A stretch of DNA of 64,000 nucleotides from Candidatus Hodarchaeota archaeon (lineage in GTDB: Archaea; Asgardarchaeota; Lokiarchaeia; Sigyniarchaeales; SOKP01): the NCBI GenBank assembly GCA_048886685.1, contig JBHLKM010000003.1, positions 32,001 to 96,000 on the forward strand. The letters run 5' to 3'. Of the stretch, positions 1 to 9,672 are shown piece by piece. The notes under the pieces were generated by a model. That model ran no database searches. It was not told where the DNA came from and saw nothing but the letters and a program-made list of their open reading frames with translations. The first letter of the stretch is position 1, and each line of letters starts with the position of its first letter. Both the position numbers and the translations under genes were made by a program.

Positions 1-2
1 AA

Positions 3-791
3 ACTTCTGTTAAGTAATTCTAAAGAAAGGTTACTTGCAATTTCAATTTCCTCTCTCAGCCTTTCATCTATTTTATAATTTACAAGTTTTATAACATTTT
101 TTGAAATCTTAACAGCATGATCAGCTATCCTTTCTAAGAAACGACTTATTTGCTGAAAGCTCACAGCACCCTCTAATGTCACACCCATTTTTTGGCATGA
201 TATTATGTCTGATAATGCAATATTTACTTGTCGCATTATTAAATAATGTAATCTATCAACTTCATTATCGTTTTTTATAATTTCTTTTGCAAAATTCACA
301 TTTCCAGTTTTAAAAGCATTTATAGAATCATCAAACATTCCTCCTGCAAGAATATACATTCGTCTTATCGTTTTTTCAAAGGCCATCTCCCTAGGATTTA
401 CTAAATCTCTAATTTTTATGAAATTATCTGATTCCTCCTCGATTTCGGGACCTATAGCGATTTGAGTGAATCTTCTTATGCAATCTTTTATATTTAATTC
501 AAATTTTTTACTTGATTTAATTGTTATTATCGAATAACCCATTATGTACGCTCCTATCAATACCCGGAACAAAAAATTATCATCTGGGAAATCATCAACC
601 ATGATATCTTTAATTTTCTGTATTTTCTCAGTTTCAAGTTGGGGTGTTATTAATAAATTACCATCCGGTTGACTTAGAATCCCTAATGTATCATTCTTTT
701 CGACACGGTGTTTTTCTATCCATGCTTTAGGTAATGATATAGTATAACTGGATCCACCAGTCCTTTGAACTTTTCGTGTTTGAAATGACAT
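3..791 (-). CDS. phoU: Phosphate uptake regulator (AbrB-type N-terminus + PhoU domains), 3' end outside window
   Basis: Not in ORF track. Manual translation from ATG at 791 gives MSFQTRKVQRTGGSSYTISLPKAWIE, the typical archaeal AbrB-PhoU start. Later DNEVDRLHYL and LERIADHA PhoU motifs. Confidence 0.9.
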   Translation of the reverse strand, partial: MSFQTRKVQRTGGSSYTISLPKAWIEKHRVEKNDTLGILSQPDGNLLITPQLETEKIQKIKDIMVDDFPDDNFLFRVLIGAYIMGYSIITIKSSKKFELNIKDCIRRFTQIAIGPEIEEESDNFIKIRDLVNPREMAFEKTIRRMYILAGGMFDDSINAFKTGNVNFAKEIIKNDNEVDRLHYLIMRQVNIALSDIISCQKMGVTLEGAVSFQQISRFLERIADHAVKISKNVIKLVNYKIDERLREEIEIASNLSLELLNRS

Positions 792-894
792 TTTAACTCT
801 TAATATCATACTTTGAATATAACTATATAAAAAAATTAATTATATATTCTTATATATCTTTTCTATATATTCTATATAGAAAATATCTCACGAA

Positions 895-2469
895 TTATAC
901 CAAATTATCCCCAATAACACTTTTATGTGGTTTTTTACCTAAGATTGTCAATAATGTTGGAACAATATCAGTTATTTTACAATAAAGAATATGTTTATTT
1001 GGGATTTCTGGAGATCCCCCAATAATTAAAGGAACATTCATGCATTCTCTTATACCCATATCGTGATGATAGATATTTTTATTCCCCTTTTTCCCATTTT
1101 TTAGATTATAAACTACGGATCCATCATTACTCAAGATTATATCTGCACTTCTGGGATTTTTAAAATGACGAGGGATTAAATCGGTGTACATTGGATAATC
1201 GAGATGGTATGTAGCACTTAACCATTCCTGAATGGAGTGAAATTTGTTATCCATTAACTTGCTGGCGCTTTCATCGTTTGAGTAATTGAAAATATCGTCG
1301 TCATCATTTTCTATTATGTATTTTGTTTTAAAATTATTACCAGTACCAGAATATTCAATAGCACCTGAGATTAATCTATTTGATTTTCTAATCTTCTTCT
1401 TTAAATGAATAATTCCTTTATCAACGGTATTATTTTCATCTCTATAATACATTAAATGACTACCTTCAATTTTGAATAAATCTTTTAACAAATTTATCTT
1501 TTTAGGACCATATCCTTCCAATTCTTCAACAGTAGGATGGGACCAACTATTTTTTATATCAGAATTAGTATTTCCTTTGAAATTAAAAAAGCCAATTCCA
1601 TCATATTTCGCTAAATTCATATTTCCCATTAAATTCCTTCGGGGATGATAATGAGTTAGTTTATTTGTTTTAAAAAAATCAAATATGTTTCCATATCTTT
1701 CTGCTTTATAATTTCCATGATCCGCGGTAATTGCAATGGCAGTGTCATCTAGATATCCCATTTTATCTAATGTCTCAACTAATAGACCAATTACTTTATC
1801 TATATGTAAAATATTTAACTTATAGATTTGGGAGTTGAAGCCAAAAATATGTAACAAAATATCAGGTGTCATGAACCACAATAACGATGCAATTGGAGGT
1901 TCAGAATCCTTAATATATTTTTTTGGTTTTTTAAAAGTATCAATTAGTTTTTTTACTAAACCGGTATCAGCTTTGACCATCATTTTTTTTATATTTCGGG
2001 AATAGTATAAAGTTATATAATACTCAGCGAGTTTAGTTTTTCTTTCTGGAAAAAAATATTTTGCTCCTCGGCTGACAAACTGAGCAATACTTGCCGTTTT
2101 TCCATCTCCTACCATTTCAAGTATTGTTTTGCATCTGTTGCCAAGATCTTTATTTAACTTATATATCTGTAGGTTTCTAGCAGCATAATCTCTTAAAAAT
2201 GGAGGAGCAATATCACGCCCCATCCAATTCATTAATGGAACGCCATGACAGAATTCTTTACGGTAATCACCTGTATATGTTCCAGTAATTAATGAGGCTT
2301 GAGTAGGATATGTAATGGGAGGAAAATCAGTTATACAATTTTTTGAATAAATTCCACTTTCCATCAATTTTTTTATGTTAGGGAGCCACCCCTTATCCAT
2401 AAACTCAAATAGATGGTCAGATCTTACATTATCTATTATACAATAGATAACTCTATTTATCTTAATCAT
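895..2469 (-). CDS. Alkaline phosphatase superfamily / type I phosphodiesterase-nucleotide pyrophosphatase
   Basis: IIDNVR, PPITYPTQASLITG (catalytic Thr), D..H, ITADHG and C-terminal VPLII...ITDIVPT motifs. Lies upstream of phoU. Confidence 0.8.
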   Translation of the reverse strand: MIKINRVIYCIIDNVRSDHLFEFMDKGWLPNIKKLMESGIYSKNCITDFPPITYPTQASLITGTYTGDYRKEFCHGVPLMNWMGRDIAPPFLRDYAARNLQIYKLNKDLGNRCKTILEMVGDGKTASIAQFVSRGAKYFFPERKTKLAEYYITLYYSRNIKKMMVKADTGLVKKLIDTFKKPKKYIKDSEPPIASLLWFMTPDILLHIFGFNSQIYKLNILHIDKVIGLLVETLDKMGYLDDTAIAITADHGNYKAERYGNIFDFFKTNKLTHYHPRRNLMGNMNLAKYDGIGFFNFKGNTNSDIKNSWSHPTVEELEGYGPKKINLLKDLFKIEGSHLMYYRDENNTVDKGIIHLKKKIRKSNRLISGAIEYSGTGNNFKTKYIIENDDDDIFNYSNDESASKLMDNKFHSIQEWLSATYHLDYPMYTDLIPRHFKNPRSADIILSNDGSVVYNLKNGKKGNKNIYHHDMGIRECMNVPLIIGGSPEIPNKHILYCKITDIVPTLLTILGKKPHKSVIGDNLV

Positions 2470-2635
2470 AATGTTAGAATTCTAAAGGTAGGGGATATAA
2501 TATTACAAGAATTAAAAAATATAATTATTATATAATATTTGAAAGCAAGGAGATCCCCATTAAACTAAATAGAAAAAATAAAGTAACTAAATGATGATCT
2601 AATCTATTGGAATGATTGTTAAAAAGATGTAATAG

Positions 2636-2737
2636 AGCCCCCGACGGGATTTGAACCCGCGACCTGCAGATTACAAGTCTGCTGCTATACCGCTTCGCCA
2701 AATAAAGCGTTCATCAATATTTTTAAGCTACGGAGGC
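2636..2737 (-). tRNA. tRNA-Thr(UGU) with a 30-nt non-canonical D-loop intron
   Basis: Minus strand: acceptor GCCTCCG/CGGGGGC, anticodon arm GCAGA-CTTGTAA-TCTGC, T arm GCGGG-TTCAAAT-CCCGT. Total 102 nt, 72 nt after intron removal. Confidence 0.92.
2694..2723 (-). other. tRNA intron at position 14/15 (relaxed BHB)
   Basis: Removal restores D-arm GCTTA-GCGGT-ATAGC with G15 matching C48. Inner helix AAATA/TATTT, bulge TA^A, central helix AGCT/GGCG, 3' site AA^G. Confidence 0.75.
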
Positions 2738-2892
2738 AACTTAAGATACCTAAATTTTTTCTATATTTTATATGAAATTGTTATAAATTTTTAATTTTGT
2801 GGTTTTGGGGCGTTTAAAAATCAACACAAATAGTTAAATGTTAACTTGAACTATTTTTCATAAATTATTAAATTATAATTTTGAGAGGAAAA

Positions 2893-3240
2893 ATGCCTTT
2901 TACAAAAGAAGATGTTGTTAGGTTGGCTTTTAAGATATACAAGAGAGGAGAACCCTTAGAAAAATCGATTTGGCGTCTTGCTGAATTATGTGTAACTATT
3001 AACAAAAATGTGAAAAATGGGTATGATATCCAGCCTTTAGAGACCGAAAATCTGGTTTTATTAATCAGAGATGACGTAAATGGTGAAATAATTCAACCTC
3101 CTGAAAGTGAGATCCGAGAAGTCGCTGAAGTGATTTTCAAAGAGGGTCCAAGTCGTTCTCAATTGGACTGGTATATTGCAGAAAAACAGCTTCTTTTAGA
3201 TGAAATTAAGAATATTATCGCTAAAAATAGAAAGGCTTAA
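2893..3240 (+). CDS. Hypothetical protein with two DUF2934-like repeats
   Basis: Internal duplication EDVVRLAFKIY...W.LAE and EIREVAEVIF...DWYIAE. ATG at 2893 is preceded by GAGG. Confidence 0.6.
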   Translation: MPFTKEDVVRLAFKIYKRGEPLEKSIWRLAELCVTINKNVKNGYDIQPLETENLVLLIRDDVNGEIIQPPESEIREVAEVIFKEGPSRSQLDWYIAEKQLLLDEIKNIIAKNRKA

Positions 3241-3403
3241 AGTAATCTCAAAGTAAATTATTTAAGCTTACTTTTTTTTATTGAATCTTGAGTTTGAAAG
3301 AAGTGTAAGAACTATTAAAATAGGAATAGTTGGTATTATAATAGATATTATACTAATTATTTATAGTTAACAATAAAATTATCATTTTTTATGGGATTAT
3401 AAA

Positions 3404-6361
3404 TTGTCGAGTTCAAGAAAAGGAAGAAAAAAGAAGGATGAGAATAAAGCTCAAACGTCCTTATTTTCTTTTGTTGATGAAAAAGAAAAAGAGAAGAAAG
3501 AACCAGAAAAAGAGCCGAAGAAAGAGAAACATATACCTTTAGAAGAAAAGAAACCAATTGAAAAAACTATAACTACTCAACAAGAAAAACCTGTAGATAT
3601 TTTGCCAGAAGAAAAACATGATATGACAAAAATTTCTCAACTTTCATATTTTAAAGGAAATGATGAGCCCTTTGGATTAAAAGAAGGTAATATAAAGTTA
3701 GAAAAAGTCCTTAGAGAAGGAGTAACCTCAAAATATATCCGTTATTTGATTGCAAAGGGAGAAATAGTCGAGAATTTAGAAAGAGGTTTATTGTTGGATG
3801 TTGATTACGATGGTGGTCAAAACAAAGCATTTTGTAAATTCTATGACTTAGAAACTGAGGATATAAAGATTTGGATTGATACCACCGAACATGAGCCTTA
3901 TTGTTTAAGTAAAGAACCAATCTCCGAATTAGAAAAATTATATTATTCAGAAAAAATAGGAGACACGGAGCAGAAAAAAAAAATAATCGATTATGCGGGA
4001 TTTAAGCGATTTGAGGAAATTACTCGATTTGATTTGTTAGCTGATAAAGAAATTAAAATTACAAAGCTATATGGTGAGACTCCTACAAATATTGGCGGTT
4101 CTGGAACGAATCTTCGTAATATCTTGGGCAAAAATGAAAAAAAGGCATGGGAAGCGGATATACGATATCATTTGAACTATATCTTTGATAGGCAACTGAT
4201 CCCTGGGTTAATTTATACAATTAAAAATGGAAATCTTGAAATATTAGATTTTGAGAAAATTAATGATAATTCCAGAAATATGGCTAATGAGCTTCGGACT
4301 CTATTTAAAGATGAGGCTCTTGAAATTCAAGAATTTTCTGAGAAATTTTTAGACATCTTTATTACGCCAATCCCCGATGTCAAGCGTGTGGCTATGGATA
4401 TAGAGGTTAAGATTGGTGAAAGAGACTATAAAATTCCTGATCCAACTTTAGCCAACCAAGAAGTAATAAGTGTGTCTTTTGTAGCTACTGATGGATTAAA
4501 AATAGTGTATATGCTTGAACGAGAAGATTATATTTTTGAAAAGCTTCATGAAGACTTTCCTCCAGATGCAAGAATTCTCCTCTTTAAATCTGAAAAAGAA
4601 TTAATAACAGAAACATTTCGACTTCTATGGAAATATCCCGTTGTTATTACTTTTAATGGTGACAATTTTGATTTAAACTATTTATCCCATCGAGCAGATA
4701 GATTGAAGATTGATAAAGATTTAAATCCTATTCATGTAAAGCGAGGTTTTGGAGTATTATCTAAAGCAGAATGTGATTTAAAAAGAGGTATCCACATTGA
4801 TCTTTTTGATTTATTCTTTAATCGAAGTATTTCAGGATATGCTTTTGGAGGTGTATATGAGAGTGCTTCACTTAATGCAATTAGTGCGGCTTTACTCGGA
4901 GAAGAAAAATATCAGCATGAAGAAATTATCCACGAAATGGAATATGATATTCTGTCGTGGTATAATCTTAAAGATTCCATATTAACGTTAGATCTTACTA
5001 AATTTAACAATTCTCTCGTTTGGAACCTGATAATATTGTTATGTCGAATAACAAAAATGCCTATCCATGATATGGTTCGAAGACAAATTTCCACTTGGAT
5101 ACAAAACATATTTTATTTCGAGCATCGTAGGAAAGGATCACTAATTCCCCGTAGATCTGAAATAGCAGAATTGAAAAAAGGAGGTATCTTATCGTCCAAA
5201 GCTGGTGACGACAAATTTATGGGTGCTTATGTCGTACCTCCCATCCCTGGAATTCACTATGATGTTGTTGTAATGGATTTTGCGTCACTTTATCCCTCTA
5301 TCATTAAGGAATATAATCTTTCATATGAAACTGTCCTATGTCCTCATAAGGATGATGAGGATAATCTTGTGAAAGGAACTCCTTATCATATATGTACACA
5401 TAAAATGGGTATCTTTGCGTATGTAGTTGGTTTTTTCCGTGATATTAGAGTAAAGTATTTTAAACCAAAATCAGGAGATAAAAATTTATCGGAAAAACAG
5501 CGTAGTTATTACCAAACTATTCAACAGGCGTTAAAGGTTTTTATTAATGGTAGTTATGGAGTATTTGGATCACAGAATTTTCCCTTGTTTTGTTTACCAG
5601 TAGCAGAAAGCACTACAGGCATAGGACAATATTCTATAAAGCAAACAATCAAAAAAGCTGAAGAATTGGGCGTAGAAGTTTTATACGGAGATACTGATTC
5701 AGTTTTTCTTAAAAACCCTACAATAGATCAAATGAAAGAAATATCAGATTGGAGTAAGAAAGAATTAGATTTAGATTTAGAAGAAGAAAAAACGTATCAA
5801 TTCTTAGCCCTCTCAGATAGAAAGAAAAATTATATAGGAATTTATAAAGATACGAAATATACAGATATAAAAGGATTAGTAGCTAAGAAGAAGAATACAC
5901 CAGAGTTTATAAAAAAAGTGTTTAATAACTTGATTGAAATCTTAAAAAACATTACGAATGATGATGAATTTTCGAAAGCACGCAATCAAATCATAGATAT
6001 AGTGAAAACCAACCTTAAAAAAATTGGAAAACCGGATACATTTACTTTAGATGATTATGCAATAAATATTGGATTACAGAAAAATTTGAAGAACTATATT
6101 AAAGTTGTTCCGCAACATGTTAGAGCCGCGATTGAACTAAAAGAAGCTACGGGAAAAGAATATCAAAAAGGTGAAACAATCAGTTTTATTAAGAGTAAAG
6201 GACCAATTGGAGCAAAAGCTATTGAACTAGCAAAACTCCAAGATATTGATACAAAAAAATACAAAGAACTTTTGACATCTGCTCTTGAACAGGTTTTTGA
6301 TGCTCTTGGCATAACTTTTGAGGAAATAAAGGGAATTAAAAAGATGGACGCATTTTTCTAA
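3404..6361 (+). CDS. polB: Family B DNA polymerase (PolB1-like)
   Basis: Exo motifs DIE, FNGDNFD, YNLKD. Polymerase motifs DFASLYPS, K...N..YG, YGDTDS. LLDVDYDG N-terminal motif of B1-type enzymes. Confidence 0.95.
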   Translation: MSSSRKGRKKKDENKAQTSLFSFVDEKEKEKKEPEKEPKKEKHIPLEEKKPIEKTITTQQEKPVDILPEEKHDMTKISQLSYFKGNDEPFGLKEGNIKLEKVLREGVTSKYIRYLIAKGEIVENLERGLLLDVDYDGGQNKAFCKFYDLETEDIKIWIDTTEHEPYCLSKEPISELEKLYYSEKIGDTEQKKKIIDYAGFKRFEEITRFDLLADKEIKITKLYGETPTNIGGSGTNLRNILGKNEKKAWEADIRYHLNYIFDRQLIPGLIYTIKNGNLEILDFEKINDNSRNMANELRTLFKDEALEIQEFSEKFLDIFITPIPDVKRVAMDIEVKIGERDYKIPDPTLANQEVISVSFVATDGLKIVYMLEREDYIFEKLHEDFPPDARILLFKSEKELITETFRLLWKYPVVITFNGDNFDLNYLSHRADRLKIDKDLNPIHVKRGFGVLSKAECDLKRGIHIDLFDLFFNRSISGYAFGGVYESASLNAISAALLGEEKYQHEEIIHEMEYDILSWYNLKDSILTLDLTKFNNSLVWNLIILLCRITKMPIHDMVRRQISTWIQNIFYFEHRRKGSLIPRRSEIAELKKGGILSSKAGDDKFMGAYVVPPIPGIHYDVVVMDFASLYPSIIKEYNLSYETVLCPHKDDEDNLVKGTPYHICTHKMGIFAYVVGFFRDIRVKYFKPKSGDKNLSEKQRSYYQTIQQALKVFINGSYGVFGSQNFPLFCLPVAESTTGIGQYSIKQTIKKAEELGVEVLYGDTDSVFLKNPTIDQMKEISDWSKKELDLDLEEEKTYQFLALSDRKKNYIGIYKDTKYTDIKGLVAKKKNTPEFIKKVFNNLIEILKNITNDDEFSKARNQIIDIVKTNLKKIGKPDTFTLDDYAINIGLQKNLKNYIKVVPQHVRAAIELKEATGKEYQKGETISFIKSKGPIGAKAIELAKLQDIDTKKYKELLTSALEQVFDALGITFEEIKGIKKMDAFF

Positions 6362-6401
6362 ATTTAATAGAAAAAAAAAAAGAAATTAGTTTTTGTTATA
6401 T

Positions 6402-6815
6402 CTACTTCTTACTAAATTCGGCTGGGTTTCCTCCAGCTTCAAGATATTCCGCATACTTTTTCAAGCTTTTTAAAAGCATTTCACCCGCGATTCCAAGTAC
6501 AGGTTCCTGACTTGCATCATCGAATTCTGCCCAAATTGTAGCTTCAACAGCATCCCCTTTTGGTTTTAAAACATATCCTAAACTTGTCATTGGACTACCC
6601 TCTTGAGTTGCTGATAGACTCTCAAGGGGATTTGTTTCTATACGAGTTGATGTTATGTCTCCAACATTTGTTTTAAAAAAATAGTTGCCTGGACCTAGTT
6701 CTGTGACTTCATTGACTACGATATTCCACCTAGCATAGTCGTTATCTTCGTCAATGATCTTAAAAATTCTCTCTTGAGAAGCGGAAATATCAAGTTTTCT
6801 TTCTACACGTGGCAT
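6402..6815 (-). CDS. SRPBCC / polyketide cyclase-like protein
   Basis: VERKLDISASQERIF..I...W N-terminus and C-terminal L..LK..AE helix. Confidence 0.7.
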   Translation of the reverse strand: MPRVERKLDISASQERIFKIIDEDNDYARWNIVVNEVTELGPGNYFFKTNVGDITSTRIETNPLESLSATQEGSPMTSLGYVLKPKGDAVEATIWAEFDDASQEPVLGIAGEMLLKSLKKYAEYLEAGGNPAEFSKK

Positions 6816-6917
6816 AAATTATACACTTTATGAATTTCAAAAAAATTTGTCAAAATTTCGATTAAATATCTTTAGAACGAGATACTTTATAAAACTTTAT
6901 GTTTTTAGGACACACCT

Positions 6918-8000
6918 TCACAAGATATAATACAACAAGCCCATAATCAAGGCACTAAAAACAGGATTTAAAATATTATCATCAACCTTAAGATTTGAGA
7001 CATCAATTATAAAGAATGTAATTGCCCCACTGAATGAAATTAAAAAAATCTCAAACATTTTTAACGAAGTTTCAAATAACCATAAAGAAATGAATGCTAT
7101 AAAAAATGAAACTAAAAATCCTGCAATATAACCAGCAATAGTCTTTTCAGATGACTTTGGAAAATGGATATTTCCAAATCGAAGTCCGAATACAGATGCT
7201 GCGCCATCTCCTAAAGTTGCTATTAGAGAAGCCGCTGCAAAAATACCAAATGGAAAAATAAAAATGGGTACAAATGATAAGGCAAGTACTACTGGTTTTA
7301 TATAATTATAATTTTCTTCACGCTTCATAGTCTTCCCTAATAGATCCAAGACATTATCAGGGATCAAATAGAAAAAGTTATGATTATCAAATATGAATGA
7401 TAATCTGATATAATCTAATGTACCGAAGATTAAGATACCTGAATAACCAGTAGTTAAAATCAAAAATCTACCAAATTGCTGTCCAGTAATTCTCCATACT
7501 TCATCAGCATTCCAGAGACCATCCCATATATAAATAGCAAAAATCCACAGAAAGATGATAATTCCAGCCGGAAATACGTGTAAAGCTTTTCGGTGGATAT
7601 CTGTCCTAATTTTGTGAGATTTTAGACTATTTAAATCATCTTCTTGTTTATCAAACCTAATTAAAAACTCCTTAAAATTTCTTTTTTCTTTAATATCTGG
7701 ATTATTCCTTAGAACTATTCGGTGTTGATAAAATAATATCAAGAAAATCAAAAAGGGGGTAAATATACAAATAAAAAATATAGATAAGATTTGAAATAAC
7801 CTAAAATATGAATTATCTATAGACAAATACAAGGGATATATCAGCCCTGAAATAATCCATAAAAAAAAGGTTAAAATACAGTTAAGAAAATTATGTTCAT
7901 TTGGAAATTTCTGATTCAGTTTAATGGCATAGTATAATAAGCCAAGTCCGCTAGATATAAAGAGAATAGTTACTGGCAATAATAAAATATCATATGCCAT
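6918..8000 (-). CDS. Membrane CTP-dependent isoprenoid/lipid kinase (dolichol/phytol/DAG kinase family)
   Basis: Multi-TM. RKALH, GDGAAS.FG..FG, KTIAG and DDN motifs. Confidence 0.75.
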   Translation of the reverse strand: MAYDILLLPVTILFISSGLGLLYYAIKLNQKFPNEHNFLNCILTFFLWIISGLIYPLYLSIDNSYFRLFQILSIFFICIFTPFLIFLILFYQHRIVLRNNPDIKEKRNFKEFLIRFDKQEDDLNSLKSHKIRTDIHRKALHVFPAGIIIFLWIFAIYIWDGLWNADEVWRITGQQFGRFLILTTGYSGILIFGTLDYIRLSFIFDNHNFFYLIPDNVLDLLGKTMKREENYNYIKPVVLALSFVPIFIFPFGIFAAASLIATLGDGAASVFGLRFGNIHFPKSSEKTIAGYIAGFLVSFFIAFISLWLFETSLKMFEIFLISFSGAITFFIIDVSNLKVDDNILNPVFSALIMGLLYYIL

Positions 8001-8082
8001 GATAACTTTAATTAAACCGTTATCTCAAAAATAACTTATGGAAAAATAGTTCTCTTAAATATATAAAAAAAATATATTAATT

Positions 8083-8997
8083 CTAAATTATTTGAGTTTC
8101 CTTTCTTAAGTACTTTTGAATAAATTTTCCTATTTTTTCAGTTGCTTTCTGACCCTCTGGTGCCCATGAACCAAACATTTGAAACATATGAATCATACCA
8201 TCCCATATATCTAAAATAACGTCAACACCAGCAGCTTTCGCTTTTTCAGCAATTCGAGTAGAGTCGCTTAGTAAAATTTCTGCCTCGCCCACTTGTATTA
8301 ACATGGGTGGTAATCCTTTGAGATCAGCATACATTGGTGATATATAAGGATTTTTGGGGTCATCATCTCCAATATATAAAGAAGCTAAGAAGAAAAGGTC
8401 ACTTGTATTCGCGAGTGGATCTAGTTTTGCTTTTGATCGAATTGTATCTCCAGTCATATCCAAATCGGCCCATGCTGAAAGTACAAGTGCTGCGGCAGGT
8501 AATGCGATACCAGTGTCTCGCAATTTCAGAAGAGTTGCTAGTGTTAAACCACCTCCTGCTGATTCTCCTCCTATAATGATATTTTGAGGTTCAATTCCCT
8601 CATTATCGATCAACCACTTGTAAACAGCAACAGCATCTTCTAATGCTGCAGGATAAGGATTTTCAGGTGCTCGACGGTAATCTATTAATAAAACTCGCGA
8701 ATTTGAGGTCCTAGAAAGCCTTGAACCAAACTCTTTATGTGTATTGATCGACCCTAAAACATAACCACCCCCATGGAAGTATAGGACAACACATTCCTCT
8801 GCGGCTTCAGGAGTGCTTATCCAAACAGCTGGAACACCGTTAATATCGACTTCCTCAATTTTTACATCCTTTGGAATTTGAAACAGAACACCTAATTGTT
8901 CAAAACGAGTACGAGTTTCTTCCACTCTTTGTTTAGCAGCAACTTCTCCTTGTTGGAATAACATTTTTATAACCCTATCCATACCTTCACTAACCAT
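8083..8997 (-). CDS. Alpha/beta hydrolase (HSL-family esterase)
   Basis: HGGGY, DYRRAPE, GESAGG, E.L..D and H.F motifs. Confidence 0.92.
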   Translation of the reverse strand: MVSEGMDRVIKMLFQQGEVAAKQRVEETRTRFEQLGVLFQIPKDVKIEEVDINGVPAVWISTPEAAEECVVLYFHGGGYVLGSINTHKEFGSRLSRTSNSRVLLIDYRRAPENPYPAALEDAVAVYKWLIDNEGIEPQNIIIGGESAGGGLTLATLLKLRDTGIALPAAALVLSAWADLDMTGDTIRSKAKLDPLANTSDLFFLASLYIGDDDPKNPYISPMYADLKGLPPMLIQVGEAEILLSDSTRIAEKAKAAGVDVILDIWDGMIHMFQMFGSWAPEGQKATEKIGKFIQKYLRKETQII

Positions 8998-9084
8998 TAG
9001 TGATTTCCCTCTATTTTTTTAAATATAAAATTTAGTAAAATAAGTAGTTTTTATGATTAAAAAAATATATCTTAAAAAAATAGA

Positions 9085-9291
9085 TTAAATAATGAATTTG
9101 ATGATTAAAAAGAGTCCAACTACTATTAATATCACAGAGATAATTATAATAATCGACATCCCAGTTGGCTCAATTTGAGCAATCCATGCATCCCATTCGA
9201 TGATTGCGAGTGATAAAAGAATAGCACCAAAAGCTATCATGAATAAACCCACTCCAATCAGAAATAAACTTGATTTTGTAGAATCTTTCAT
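9085..9291 (-). CDS. Small two-TM membrane protein
   Basis: Two hydrophobic helices, ATG start. Confidence 0.6.
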   Translation of the reverse strand: MKDSTKSSLFLIGVGLFMIAFGAILLSLAIIEWDAWIAQIEPTGMSIIIIISVILIVVGLFLIIKFII

Positions 9292-9384
9292 AATTACTCA
9301 CATTCTCTATTAGTATTAGGAAAACAGAATAATAAAATTAATTAAAATAAATTAAGAAAATATAATTAAATAGATAAATAATAG

Positions 9385-9672
9385 TTATAAACCTGTTAAT
9401 AAGATATTATCAATAACTTTATGAACTTTCTTGACGTTTTCGTCCCCAAGAGCCTTTTCTACTTCTAATTTCAAATCTAAGAGAGTACTAAAGGCTTTAA
9501 CAATGGTATTTTGAATAGCATTATTAAACCCGCTTTTATCACCTTTGATATCTTTAAACTCTTCAACTCTCTCAAGCATTACTTTCTCATATTCTTCTGC
9601 AGTTGTAGTTCGAAGCTCTACTAGTTTCCGTATCTTCATTCTATCCTCATTTTTAACAGTCTCTTCTGGCAT
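9385..9672 (-). CDS. Hypothetical protein, abutting tes
   Basis: Its ATG directly follows the upstream TAA (TAAATG). GGAGGGTG SD-like sequence upstream. Confidence 0.7.
   Translation of the reverse strand: MPEETVKNEDRMKIRKLVELRTTTAEEYEKVMLERVEEFKDIKGDKSGFNNAIQNTIVKAFSTLLDLKLEVEKALGDENVKKVHKVIDNILLTGL

Noticed and set aside
3930-3990. Short insertion in PolB (YYSEKIGDTEQKK) as an in-frame intron or intein
   Set aside because: No convincing hairpin or BHB, no intein motifs, and far too short.
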